DNA of 64,000 nucleotides from Vicugna vicugna (Eukaryota). Each line of letters opens with the position of its first letter. The stretch's first letter is position 1. The stretch spans positions 434,001-498,000 of the forward strand of contig MU057744.1 in assembly GCA_013265495.1 (NCBI GenBank). The letters run 5' to 3'. Both the position numbers and the translations under genes were made by a program. The notes below the pieces were generated by a model. That model was not told the DNA's origin. It ran no database searches and saw only the letters and a program-made list of their open reading frames with translations. Shown piece after piece: positions 37,150 to 48,852 of this stretch.

Positions 37150-38260
37150 AAAAAAAAATTGTTGAGATGAAATTCACATATTGACCATTTTATCTATTTT
37201 ATATATAGTAGCATGTATGTGTTAATCCCAGACTCCTAATTTATCCCTCCCCCCGCCCCTTAGGTAACCACAGTTTGTTTTCTATGTCTGTGAGTCTCTT
37301 TCTGCTTTGTAAATAAGTTCACTTGTATCATTTCCCCCCCCCAGATTCCACATAGAAATGGTATCATATAGTATTTGTCTTTTTCTGTCTGACTTGACTT
37401 CACTTAATATGATAATCTCTAGACCAATCACTTTGCTGTACACCTGAAACTAACACATTGCAAATAAATCTAGAAATGGTATCATATGGTATTTGTCTTT
37501 TTCTGTCTGACTTGACTTCACTTAATATGATAATCTCTAGACCAATCACTTTGCTGTACACCTGAAACTAACACATTGCAAATAAATCTTCAATAAACAA
37601 ATTAACCACTTTAAAGTGAACGATCAGTGGCATTCAGTCCACTCATGTTGTGCAAACACCACCTCGACCTTGTTCCAACACACTTCAATCACTCTGAAAT
37701 GAAAGTGAGCCGCTAAGCAGGTCTCTACCCCCGCCCCGAAGCCTGGCAACCATCCATCTGCTCTGTCCCTTTGGGTCTGCCTATCTGGACATTTCATCTA
37801 AATGGAATCATACACCGTGCGATCTTTTGCGTTCAGATCTTTCCCTGAGCACAAGGCTTTCAGGGTTCAGCCACACTGTAGCACGTATCAGCGCTTCATT
37901 CGTTTCTATGGCTGAATAATATTCCATCATGAGGACATATTACTTTTTCTTTTTTTATCCATTTGGCTTTTGCTGAACACCTGGGGTGCACCTACCTTTT
38001 GGCTGCTGTGCGTGGTGCGGCTCTGAACACGCACACCTGTATGTGAGTGCCTGTTCTGAGCCACTTTACGTTCGCACCAGCCGTGTTCAGGGGTTCCAGC
38101 TCTTCCGCATCCTCACCAACATTTGCTCCTTTTCTGTTTCTTTGGCAGGGTGGGGGGGCAGTAGTCATCTTGGGGGTGTGAAGTGGGACCGCACTGTGGT
38201 TTTCATCTGCATTTGCCTGATGGCTAATGACGCTGAGCATCTTCTCACGGGCTTGTTGGC
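37150..38260 (-). mobile_element. Old L1MB-like element hosting a 5'-inverted younger L1 (37193-37600)
   Basis: TSD ATTGACCATTTTA (37180-37192) / ATTAACCACTTTA (37601-37613). Confidence 0.8.
37353..37588. repeat. Tandem duplication, 118 bp x2
   Basis: tagaaatggtatcatat...gcaaataaatc at 37353 and 37471, one mismatch seen. Confidence 0.95.
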
Positions 38261-39289
38261 ATCACTGAAAAAGCCTGTCTTAACATCAGACAAATGTACG
38301 TTTTGTGACAACCTCGAGTTTACGGAAAGATTGTAAGTACAGGACAAATAAGTTCTTTCCTGAGCCACTTGCGTGTGAGTTGCCAACCCGATTCCCCGAT
38401 GCCCCCGAATACTGTGTATTTCCTGCAAACAAGGGCCTCCTCTTACATGGACCACAATTCAACCATCAAAGTCAGGAGGTTCACCCTGGAACGTTACTAC
38501 CGTTTAATCTTCAGACTCCATTCAAGTTACCAATAACGTTCTTTAGAAACACGTGTAGTTCTCATGTCTTAGAACGTCCCTCAGTCTGGCCTTGCTTCAG
38601 GCTCCCTCGGGAAGTCAGGCGTTGGTCCTGGGCATGGACGTCAGGGAACACGTACCGCACTGTTCCCACGCCTTGTCGGGGGCACCGACCGCCAGCTTGT
38701 CCCACGGCTGCTGTTTATTTTTGTCTCTTGACCAGCACGGCGTCTGCCAGGTTCTCCCACTCTGTAGTTGCACTTTTTCTAATGGCGAGAAGACACTCGG
38801 GCACTAGGTTTGTTCCTCAGACTCCCCACGGCTCCACGCGCTGGCCGGCATCAGCAGGGACCCGCGGTTTGCTGTCTGGCAGGAGGCTGTCACGCCTTAC
38901 TGCCAGCGTCTGTCTTCATTCACAAGCTGCCTCAGGCGTCGCCAGTCGGGGCCCCTTCAGGTTGGTTCCTGTGTCTTCCTTGAGTGTCCTCCTCATTCTT
39001 TGATCCCTTCTGACAACACTCCTGTTGAAATTCCTGCCCAGCTGTCCCTCTCCCCTTCCCCCGCGTGTCTCCGTGAGAGTCCAGGAGCCCGGCAGGAGGT
39101 CAGAAGCCAAGGCCGTCACCCACAGGGCAGAGATTCTCACACAAGGAGCGCCCGCCCGCGCAGGCGGTGCAGGGAGACCACGTCCATCCCTCACTTAGTC
39201 CAGAAAGAGTCCCTGAAGGGTGCGGGCTGATCCCGATGGCACATCAGACAAATGCTGCGGAGCTAGCAGCTTGAGAAGAGGGGAGGGGC

Positions 39290-39960
39290 CGCGACGAAGC
39301 ACCCCGGCCTGGGGGCGTAAACAGCAGACGTCTCCTTCCTCGCAGTCCTGAAGCCCAGATGCCCGAGACCAAACTGCAGGCAGGGCTGGTTTCTTCTCAG
39401 GGTTCTCTCTTTGGCCGGCAGACGCTGCCTCCTCGCTCTGCCCTCAAATGGTGTCCCCTCTGCACATCGGTGTCCTCACCTCCTCTCTTTATAAGGACGC
39501 CAGTCCTGCTGGGTTAGGGCCCACCGACACGAGTCCAGTAATTACCTCTTTAAAGGCCCTATTTCCAAATACGGTCAAATCCTGTGACATTCTGAATTCA
39601 GTGGGCGACGCAATGCAGTTTGTAGCACTCCATCCCCTGGACCCCCAAATTCCTGTCCTTCTTACGTGAAAAATAAATTCACCCCATTCCAACAGCCCCA
39701 AAGTCTTAATCTATCCCAGCATCCATCCCAACTCCAAAATCTCATCTAAGTACCGTCTAAATCAAGTGTGGGTAAGACTCGAGGCATGATTCACCCTCTC
39801 CAGCTGTGAACCTGTGAGACCAGGCAAGTCACCTGCTTCCAAAAAAACAGTGGCGAGGCAGGCACGGGGTAGACATCCCCATGCCAAAGGGAGACTCAGA
39901 AGGAAAGGGGTCACGGGGCCCAGGCCAAGCCCTCTGAGAGGCAGTGTGGTAGCTCAGATG
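39290..39960 (-). mobile_element. MaLR LTR (MLT1-like) plus internal fragment
   Basis: ggcagggctggtttcttct..ataaggacgccagtc..aaaggccctatttccaaatacggtca, then ccattccaacagccccaaagtcttaa. Confidence 0.65.
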
Positions 39961-40895
39961 GTGCCAGAGCCCGTTTTGACATGGCATTCCTTCAACAGAA
40001 AAGCTACTTTTACAAAGTGGGAAGCGACTGACAGAAAAAGACAGCCACTTTCCACGAAATTCTTCATTGAGGAAAGGATAAACATCGTCACACGTCAGCT
40101 CCCAGCGACATTCAAGAAAAATGGATTTTCTATAAGCGTTCGTAGGGCAAACCATTAATTTTCACATTCCTGGAGAATTAATCTTTTTTTTAGCAAAAAT
40201 ACGATGATTTTTGTTAAAAAAAAAAGTATCAGGGTTTTACTTTACATTGTGTGCACATGCACATGAGTATCTGTGTCAATTATTTCCCAAATTCTTTGCT
40301 TCCTATGAGATTTTTAAGAGTAAGACATATCAAGTAAGATTTCTCTGCTGTCTTTGGCTCCATCGCTGTTTCCTCTTGCCTTTGACAATCTGTTACTTGT
40401 CTTGGCCAGGGGTGCTATTTAGAAACCGGCTCCTGAACACGGTAAGAGGAGGGCTTTCCGTGAGCTGAAGCTCTTGGAAAAATCTGTAGCACACGGCTTT
40501 CTTGAGCCTGGGGAAGAACTGACCTTGAAAGGAGCTTCCAAGGGGAGTTTGGACAGGTGTGTAATGATACGAACCCACCATTGCAGCATCATACACAATA
40601 GTTTCTCTGCCCTAACTTCTGAGGCTGTCCGAACCCATAGAGTGTACAACCCCAAGAATAAACCCAAATGTAAACTGTGGACTTTGGGTGGTGATGATGT
40701 GTAAACAGACATTCATCGATTGTAACAACTGTGTCTCATTTCTTCAGGATTCTGAACATACATGGGGGTAGGGGTACATGAGAACTCTCTCCACCTTGTG
40801 CTCAGTTTTGCTGTGAACCTAAAACTGCTCTAAGAAGTAGTCTGTTAAAAAAAAAATCAGTTCTTTGCCTAATTCCTAGCAACCATTTATCTTTT

Positions 40896-41689
40896 TTTTN
40901 NNNNNNNNNNNNNNNNNNNNNNNNNNNNNNNNNNNNNNNNNNNNNNNNNNNNNNNNNNNNNNNNNCATCATGCTTATACATATATACATATATTCCTTTT
41001 CATATTCTTTTTCATTATGGGCTACTACAAGATATTGAATATAGTTCCCTGTGCTATACAGTATGAACTTGTTGTTTATTTATTTTATATATAGTAGCAT
41101 CTGCAAATCCTGAACTCCCATTTTATCCCTTCCTACCCCATTTCCCCCATGGTAACCATAAGTTTGTTTTCTACATCTGTGAGTCTGTTTCTATTTTATA
41201 AATAAGTTCATTTGTGTCTTTTTTTTTTTAGATTCCACATATGAGTGATATCATATGGTATTTTTCTTTCTCTGTCTGACTTACTTCACCTAGAACGACC
41301 ATCTCTAGGTCCATCCATGTTGCTGCAAATGGCATTATTTTATTCTTTTATATGGCTGAGTAGTATTCCATTGTATAAATATACAACTTCTTTATCCAGA
41401 CATCTGTCAATGGACAATTAGGTTGCTTCTCTGTCTTGGCTGTTGTAAATAGTGCTGCTATGAACATCGGGGTGCATGCATCTTTTCAAATTATAGTCTT
41501 CTCCAGATACATGCCCCGGAGTGGGACTGATGGATAATATGGTAGCTCTTAGTTTCTTGAGGAATCTCAATACTGTTCTCCACAGTGGCTGCAAACTACA
41601 TTCCCCCAGCAGTGTAGGAGGATTCCCTTTTCTCCACATCCTCTCCAGCATTTATCATTTGTGGACTTTTTAAGGATGGCCATTCTAAC
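40896..41689 (-). mobile_element. L1 3' end spanning the assembly gap, inserted in an older L1
   Basis: ORF2-end and 3'UTR sequence; TSD GCAACCATTTATCTTTT (40879) / GCAACCACTTACCTTTT (41690). Confidence 0.85.
40900..40965. other. Assembly gap (66 N)
   Basis: N run next to the poly(T) tract of a minus-strand L1. Confidence 0.99.
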
Positions 41690-41706
41690 GCAACCACTTA
41701 CCTTTT

Positions 41707-42470
41707 AATCTATTTCTAGCTGTGCCTTTTTCAGAATGCCATGTAGCTGGAATCATGCAGTATATGACCTTTCAGATCGGCTGCTTTCACTTACTACTGT
41801 GCACTGAAGATTCCTCCATGTCTTTTCACGGCTTGGTAGCTAATTTCTTTTCAGTGCTGAATAATATACCATTTTACAGATGTACCAAAGTTTATCCCTT
41901 CACCTACTGAAGGACATCTTGGTTGCTTCCAAGTTCTAGAGGTTATGAGTAAAGCTGCTCCAAATATCTGCGTGCAGGTTGTGTGGATACATGTATTCAG
42001 CTTCTCTGGGTAAACACCAAGGAGCACAACTGCTAGGTTGTGTGAAAAGAGTATGTTTAGTTTGGTTAGGAACTGCCGCACTGTCTTCCAAAGTGTCCGC
42101 TCCATTTTGCGTTCCCACCACCAACAATGAGACTTCCTGTCGCTCCACATCCTCACCAGCATTTGGTGTTTTCAGTGTTTTGGATTTTGGCCATTTTAAT
42201 TGGTGTGTAGTGATTAGCTCCTTGTTTTGATTTACATTTCCCTGATGACACACTATGTGGAGCACCTTTTCACATGCTTATTTAAAAGATACCTTGTATC
42301 TTTCTTTTGGTGAGGTGCCTGTGCAGAACTCTTGCCCATTTTTAATAGGGTTGGTTTGTTTTCTTATTGTTGAATTTTTAAGAGTTCTTTATAGATTTTG
42401 GATACCAGCCCTTTATTAGATACATTTTGCAAATATTTTCTCCCAGTCTGTGGCTTGTCTTCTCATTTTT
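41707..42470 (-). mobile_element. Old L1 (L1MC-like) fragment
   Basis: ORF 41851-42162 resembles degenerate ORF2 C-terminus (TLWKTVRQFL..TWKQPRCPS). Confidence 0.75.
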
Positions 42471-43603
42471 TGGACCTTCCCACCCTTTTCAAAGCTTGGG
42501 GGCAGGGCCTGGACTAGAAGAGACAGGTGAGGCACCTGGAGTTCAGAAATTAAGGAGGCACTACCATGTCAGGACTGTGCAAATGTGACACCACATTTGC
42601 ACAACCCTGGGATCCAGCGTCCCCTTAAATTTTCAAGGCAAGCCTTCCATGTGTTAACACCCTCAGGGAGGAAAGCTAGCCCACCTGGAGAGAGTGAAGT
42701 TGCCCCCAGGACCAGGGTGAGGTCTGTGTGATGGCCCCCTGGCCCCCCTGCATGGGGGTGGGTATAGCTCAGAGCCACTTAGGAAGCGTGGCCTGTGGAC
42801 TCGAGGGGCACATTGTCTGGGGGAGGAACTCTGAAACGCGGCTGGAGCTGGGTACCCACCGCTCTGTCCACTGGAAGCCTCCACTGACCAGCCCTCCTGG
42901 GGGCACAGATGCTCACGCTCCCAGGAGGCGGCGCTGTGGGCTCCTAGGGGCTTCTGACTTAAGGCTGTTTACACACCCGATGTAATTTACTTTTCCTAAT
43001 TCTTCTAAGAACGGCGATGTATGGATTAATTCTTGCCTAGCCAAAAGAAAGCGCTTTACTGACAAGAAAACATCATTCTGTGTATATGTTACAGAAGAAC
43101 TGAAAATAAACCCTGAGATGGCACAGAAAAGCGGCCGCAGGCAGTGGGCCAGCGGCCGCGTTGCCGGCCGCAGGGGCGGGGCTGAGCCGATATCCTTTCA
43201 CCTTTGTGTGAACACTGGCTGCCGAACAAGCTTGCAGAGCCTCGTTAGAGAATCTCCCTTCATGGGAAGTCGTCAGAAAGCTCCTGGTGCCTGTTCCGGA
43301 GAGGGCACTTAAACATCAGAAAAAAGAGTGTTTTCCAGGCGGGAAGGGGAGACGAGGGGTCTGCCCACTCTAATCCTTCTGTTTTTGATTTTTCGTACGA
43401 CTCTTAGCACGTTGCCAGTTTCTGCGTTTCAGTCTTCCCCTTTGTGACCGTCTGTCATCTTCTTGCCCCCAAGAGATGAGAATCAAGTAAATGCTTTGAA
43501 CAGGTGGTAACAAAACTGATAGAATATTAGAGATTGTCTAATTACATTGTTTTGAGATTAGTTAACAACTTAATGGCTTGATCCTGAGGAAAAACACAGC
43601 AAT

Positions 43604-43825
43604 GAATTGGGATTTGCAGCTCTACACTACTATATATAAAATAGATAAACAACTGGGTCCTACTGCACAGCCCAGGGAACTATATTCAATATCTTGTAAT
43701 AACCTATAGTGGAAAAAGAAGATGAAAAAGAATATATATATAAACACATAACTGAATCACTACACTGTACACCAGAAACTAACACAGCATTGTCAATCAA
43801 CTATACTTCAATAATTTAAAAAAAC
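43604..43825 (+). mobile_element. L1 3'UTR fragment
   Basis: tatatataaaatagataaacaac...tgtacaccagaaactaacaca...caactatacttcaata. Confidence 0.85.
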
Positions 43826-43908
43826 AGTAATGCAGTTTTCATTCTACAGAAGAATTTATAAGACCAAATGACTATGCAAATCAGGTGTCTTTAAAAGAGG
43901 AAGGAAGA

Positions 43909-44268
43909 TGCCATTTGATATCACTTATATGTGGAATCTGAAAAAAAAAGGGACACAAATGAACTACCTATTGTTTATAACATAGATGACTGACCTCTTG
44001 AACATGTGCCAGCACATCTGACTGTCCTTTATGATTGGATTATCGCATTCTGTTAATTCTTATTTTGTGATTGGCTTTATTCATTTGATAACTATGTAAG
44101 TTTAAAAAGCTAAAGGTAAAAACTCTTCTTAGAAACAGTGATTGGTACATATATGTAAACTAAAAATATGTGCAGTGTATTGTATATATGTATTTACATG
44201 CAAAATATTGTGTATGTGCAGTCAAATTGTAACAGTTCTACCTAATAAAACTGAAAAATGAAAAAAAA
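43909..44268 (+). mobile_element. L1-mediated insertion with a distinct 3' tail
   Basis: Starts with the L1 ORF2 end (atatcacttatatgtggaatct), ends AATAAA..A-tail; 16-bp TSD AAAAGAGGAAGGAAGA at 43893-43908 and 44269-44284 at a TT|AAAA site. Confidence 0.85.
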
Positions 44269-45348
44269 AAAAGAGGAAGGAAGAGTTGACCCACCACCCA
44301 CACTGCTGACCCTTCGTCCGTGCAGTACTGCACCCCCTCTAAGGTGGTTATTCGAACTTTGCAGATGGAATGAGTTGTGTTGCTCAAGCGAACTATGTGT
44401 GGAGAGACTATGTTAGCAGCAGTGGAAAAAAAAAGGACACATTAAACAAGCCTGAAAATAATCTGGACATTTTCCAAGAAAGAGGATGCAACATCTGACA
44501 TGGGTTTTTCTGCAACGTGTCCACAGCCGGCTGAGGATCCCAGCACGGTAGCTGCTGGTGGCGAACTGTCCCTATGTAGTAGAGGTGGCAGTGGCGATCG
44601 GCAGGGCTGGGACTGGAAGCAAGCAAATTCTGCCTCTTCCTGGCAGCCAAAGAAGCCACGACCACAGGATCTGTTTAGCTGATCCTCCCTGTGCCAGCTC
44701 CCCTCTGCGAAGCCCCCGGGAAAAAACACTCCTCCTGCGCCGTATGGCTGGGAAATCTCTGAGCCACCTCTGAGCAGGACAGTCTGCCAGGGAGGCTGGC
44801 TCTGGCCAGTCCTCCTTTTAACCAGAAGTCGACTAGCTATTGTGAAGAGGCACCTGAGAGGGGAAGAGTCTCACCAAGACAAGGCTATAAAGGGCAAGAA
44901 AAATGTCCACGTGGTCCAGGTCGCATATAAGGATGCAAGGACCGTATACAAATCTGAGAAGCAGATAAAATGAAGCTCCCACCTAGGGTGGGAGGAGGCC
45001 CAGAACCAGAGACGGCTGAGGGTGGGTGCTATGCGATGGCACAGTTAGTCCCACGGTCACTAACCAGTCCCCTGCTCTGCCGGGGAGGGTGAGGGATCAA
45101 CAGTCAGTCTCACCCTCCCCTGGGAAGTCTCCCCTCAACGCCCTGTGGGAGGAAATAAGGCTGCATAGTCTCCTTGCGTAGCAACGCGGAGAAAGTCAGC
45201 AGCAAGTACATTCACGGTACATTCAGAAAATTCACTCACTTGACATTGTGAATGAACCACAGAGTACTAGCAATGGAGGGGATTTTGCAGACCATGGTTC
45301 CAATGGTTTTAAAGCATAAAGGTCCCTTCTAAAATAATGACAACGTGG

Positions 45349-45483
45349 TGGGGAAGGATGCAGCTCAGTGGTAGAGCGCATGCTTACAATGCACGAGGTC
45401 CTGGGTTCAATCCCCAGCACCTCCATTAAAAATAAACAATAAATAAATAAACCTAATTACCTCTCCCCAAACAGAAAAATAAA
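45349..45483 (+). mobile_element. Vic-1-like SINE
   Basis: CAGCTCAGTGGTAGAGCGCATGC...GGTTCAATCCCCAG...AAACCTAATTACC. Confidence 0.87.
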
Positions 45484-45639
45484 AGTTTTTAAAAAATACA
45501 GCTTCCCTTAGGGCCGTGCTTTCAATATCTATTGACTCAGAAGATACAAAGTGATCTAAAGAACTCAGTAAGACACTTAAACTCGCTTTATCTTACTGAT
45601 CCCAGAGATGTCCACGTGCATTTGCAAGTGAGCGGTACA

Positions 45640-45771
45640 CGACAGCAGGGCGTCCTGGATTCAGTCCACACAGGGCTCCTGGTGCAGACCGGGATCTGGA
45701 GCCCTCGACAGCAGGGCGTCCTGGATTCAGTCCACACAGGGCTCCTGGTGCAGACCAGGATCTGGAGCCCT
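45640..45771. repeat. Tandem duplication, 66 bp x2
   Basis: cgacagcagggcgtcc...atctggagccct at 45640 and 45706, one mismatch seen. Confidence 0.95.
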
Positions 45772-45935
45772 CTGGTGCTAATTCTGGGTCCCACCCTGAG
45801 GAAGTCGAAGGCTGGAGCAGGGAGGTAACTCAACTTCCTTTAACCAGCCTATTAACGGCTGAGAATCTGGCACCACTATCCAGCCCAGATAAGAGCCAGG
45901 GACCTTTTCTTCCACCTCCATCTAGGGGACTGTTT

Positions 45936-46053
45936 CTTTTTTTTGGTGCAGGGAGGTAACGAGGTTTATTTATTTTTAGTAGAGGTGCTGGGGATTGAAC
46001 CCAGGACCTCGTGCAAGCATGCGCTCTACCACTGAGCTGAACCTCCCACCCCC
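45936..46053 (-). mobile_element. Vic-1-like SINE
   Basis: GGGGATTGAACCCAGG...CTCTACCACTGAGCTG. Confidence 0.82.
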
Positions 46054-47146
46054 CGGGCATATTACTTCTGTACTTGGGAAGGAAACATGACCTGGAATCT
46101 GGTACCTGATTTCCTTGTGTGGATGTTCTGCGTCATTTTTTTCCCCTTCAGGGGCAAATAATGCAACAGAGGAAGTGTGGAATCCCCGAGTCTCCACCTG
46201 GCTCTGCTGTGCGTCTCGGCCACATTCAACTTCTTCAAGCCTTAGTCTCCTCATTTCAGAACAAGGATGAACATGCCCGCCCCCGAGCATTTCTGAAAAG
46301 ATCAAGCTGATGGGAGGACGAGGGTGCTTTCAGGCAGCTACAAAATGCTAATCAAATGTTAGCTATTGCTGCTCTGAAAACCTAAGCACAGCCTGTGAAA
46401 GACTTGGAATATCAATTAAGCAGACATCTCTGGAAGTGTGGGTTCAGGTAATGCTTATTGTGTTTAATATTAAAAAAACAACCATAACACTGCCTCAAAA
46501 TTCCTCTGACCACCTATTTCAGTCAAAGAGTAAGGGATGGGGGATGCTTTATATTAGAGAGAGAAAGAGTTAGAATGAATAAAGGATTTATAAGATAGGA
46601 ACAGATGTTTGAAGACAGGAGATTTCAAAATGCATAAGGATGCTGTGCTTAACCGGAGTATCTACTTAACCACCCGGCTGGGGAAGTGTTTAAAAGCCAT
46701 CTGATAGTGGAGACCAGGTAGAGGTTTGTATCGGCAAACAGCTCAGTGTGCACCTGGCCTCAGGGGGTGCAGGGACCAAGGAGCTGACCTCTGCCCTCAG
46801 CGGGTGCCCGCAGTCTGGCACAGCCTTGAGTGGAACCCCAAAAAGGAGCAGCAGCAAGTGGGGCGCGGGGAGCCACCCTCTCCAGTCGGCCCAGGAGGGC
46901 CTCTGGGATCCGGGCTCCTGCCAGCTCAGCTGCGCATGCTCCCCGTCTCCGTCCCACTGATAGCCTCCTGCAGCCCTGATGCTTCCTAGCCCACGTCAGA
47001 CAGGAGAGAATGGGCGTGGGCAAGGCGCGGCAGGGCCTGGGGCCGGACGGTTGCCTTCTGAATCCTGGACAGATGACTTGCTCTACAATTTTGGGTGAGT
47101 TACTTGACCTCTTGGCTGCAGGATGGGAGGAGCATAGGAGGAGCAT

Positions 47147-47690
47147 AGTTGTATTTGTTCCCTGTTGCTGCTGCAATGGATTACCACCAACTACGGCTTA
47201 AAGCAACGCCAGTGTATAATGTTATAGTGCTGGAGTTTGTTGCAATTGTGAATTATGCCCTATTCCCCCCCCCCCGCCCCCAACAAAGACACTGGGGATT
47301 GAACCCGGGACCTTGTGCACACCAAGCAACATGCTCTTCCTCTGAGCCACACCCCCACCCCGACAGCGCTGGAGTTTGGAAGTCCATGGCATCATTAGAG
47401 CTGCTGGTGGATGCTCTGGGGAGACCGTTTCCTGGCCTCTTCCAGCTTCCAGAGGTGCCTCCGCTCCTTCCTCGAGGCCCTCTTCCACCTTCAGTCTGTC
47501 CGACCCTCCTGCCCTCCTCTTATAAAGACCCCAGTGATTACCTGGGGCCCCTCAAACAATCCATGAGAATCCCCCCACCTAAGGTTCTTAATCCCACCTG
47601 CAAAGTCTCGTCTGCCTTCAAAGTAACAGATTCACACACTCCAGCTCTGAGGGTGTGGCCGTGGGGGAGCGCTGTTTTTCCTACCACGAC
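47147..47690 (-). mobile_element. MaLR LTR (MLT1-like), interrupted by a SINE
   Basis: ttaccaccaact..ggcttaaagcaac...tggcctcttccagcttccagagg...cttataaagacccc..aatcccacctgcaaagtc. Confidence 0.65.
47262..47360 (-). mobile_element. Vic-1-like SINE inserted in a MaLR LTR
   Basis: GGGGATTGAACCCGGG...CTGAGCCACACCCCC. Confidence 0.75.
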
Positions 47691-48719
47691 AGTTATCACA
47701 GAGTAAATACTTAGAGTCGAGTATGCAGCAAGCAGTCAACAAACGTCAGCTGCTGTTATTAGCATTACTATTTCTTGCTCAACCAGAAACTCTCCGCCTG
47801 GCAAGCTTCCACTTGTCATTGGCTCTGCCCCATTCCTTTCACTTGGCCAAATTCTGAGAGCCTTCTGGAAGCCTTCCTGACCTCGGCTGGGTTTGTGTTC
47901 AGGGGGCACCTGTGCTCGGGTCCGAGTGGTGTTATAGTCATTTGTCTCCCTCACTAGATAGCAGATTCCTCAGGTGCTGGATGCCTTCTCATCTCTGCGT
48001 CCCGACCCCTGGCACCTGGCGCTCGGCAGCCTTCACACGTCTCAGCAACCAGGGGTCCCTCCCGACTCCCCAGCAAACAAGGGCGTGACCTGCAGGGGGG
48101 CCAGGGTCATGGGGTGCTTGCTCCCTGCAGGAGGGGAGCAGAGACAGGGATGTCTGTGTTCTGGGGTCACCGTGCTCTGCGAGGAGGTGATTCTTCAGGG
48201 CAAGTAGCTTGTTTCCCCATCCAGGAGGCTCTCTCGTGAAACGCAGGGGAGACACAGGCACAGGGGCATTCTGGAAAGGAGGCCTGGGCTCCCGCAGGTG
48301 TGTCGGCCGGGAGTCCTGTCTCTCAGCTCCAGGTGGATGGGGGAGGCCAGCCTGGGAAATGGCCCTGATGCTGGGCAGGTTCGGGTTACCAGTTGCGAAG
48401 AAGAAGGACCCGTGGACATCATCTGGGTCAGTGGTTTGTAGCCCTCACAACACAGATTCCCAGGCTGTAGCCCAGACCTGCCAAACCAGACTGTCCACGG
48501 CTGAGGCAAGAAGCCCTGTTTCTGAAAACTACCCAAAGCGATTCTGTTACGGAATCGCGTTTGGGAACCACTCACGGATGGACCCCGAATTTTACAGACA
48601 GATTGCGCTACAAATACATGGTTCCCAAAACAGGTGTGTAAAAATGGAAGGAACAGCTCATCACTAATCAAACTGACTGCCAGCCGGCCAGGCCACGCAT
48701 CAAGACGGTACATCAGGAC

Positions 48720-48852
48720 AGGGCTGCAGCTCAGTGCTAGAGCGCATGCTTAGTGTGCACGAGGTCCTGGGTGCAATCCCCAGTCCTTCCATTAAAAAGA
48801 AAACTTAAATAAGTAAATGAATGTATAAAACCTAATTACTGCCCCCCAAATA
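48720..48852 (+). mobile_element. Vic-1-like SINE
   Basis: CAGCTCAGTGCTAGAGCGCATGC...AATCCCCAG...AAACCTAATTAC. Confidence 0.82.

Noticed and set aside
42753..42775. GGGGGTGGGTATAGCTCAG SINE head
   Set aside because: Only ~20 bp with no B box or tail; too short to call.
45349..45425. tRNA-Ala-like genes (this and the other SINE heads)
   Set aside because: Degenerate stems, many divergent copies, A-rich tails and TSDs mark them as SINEs, not tRNA genes.
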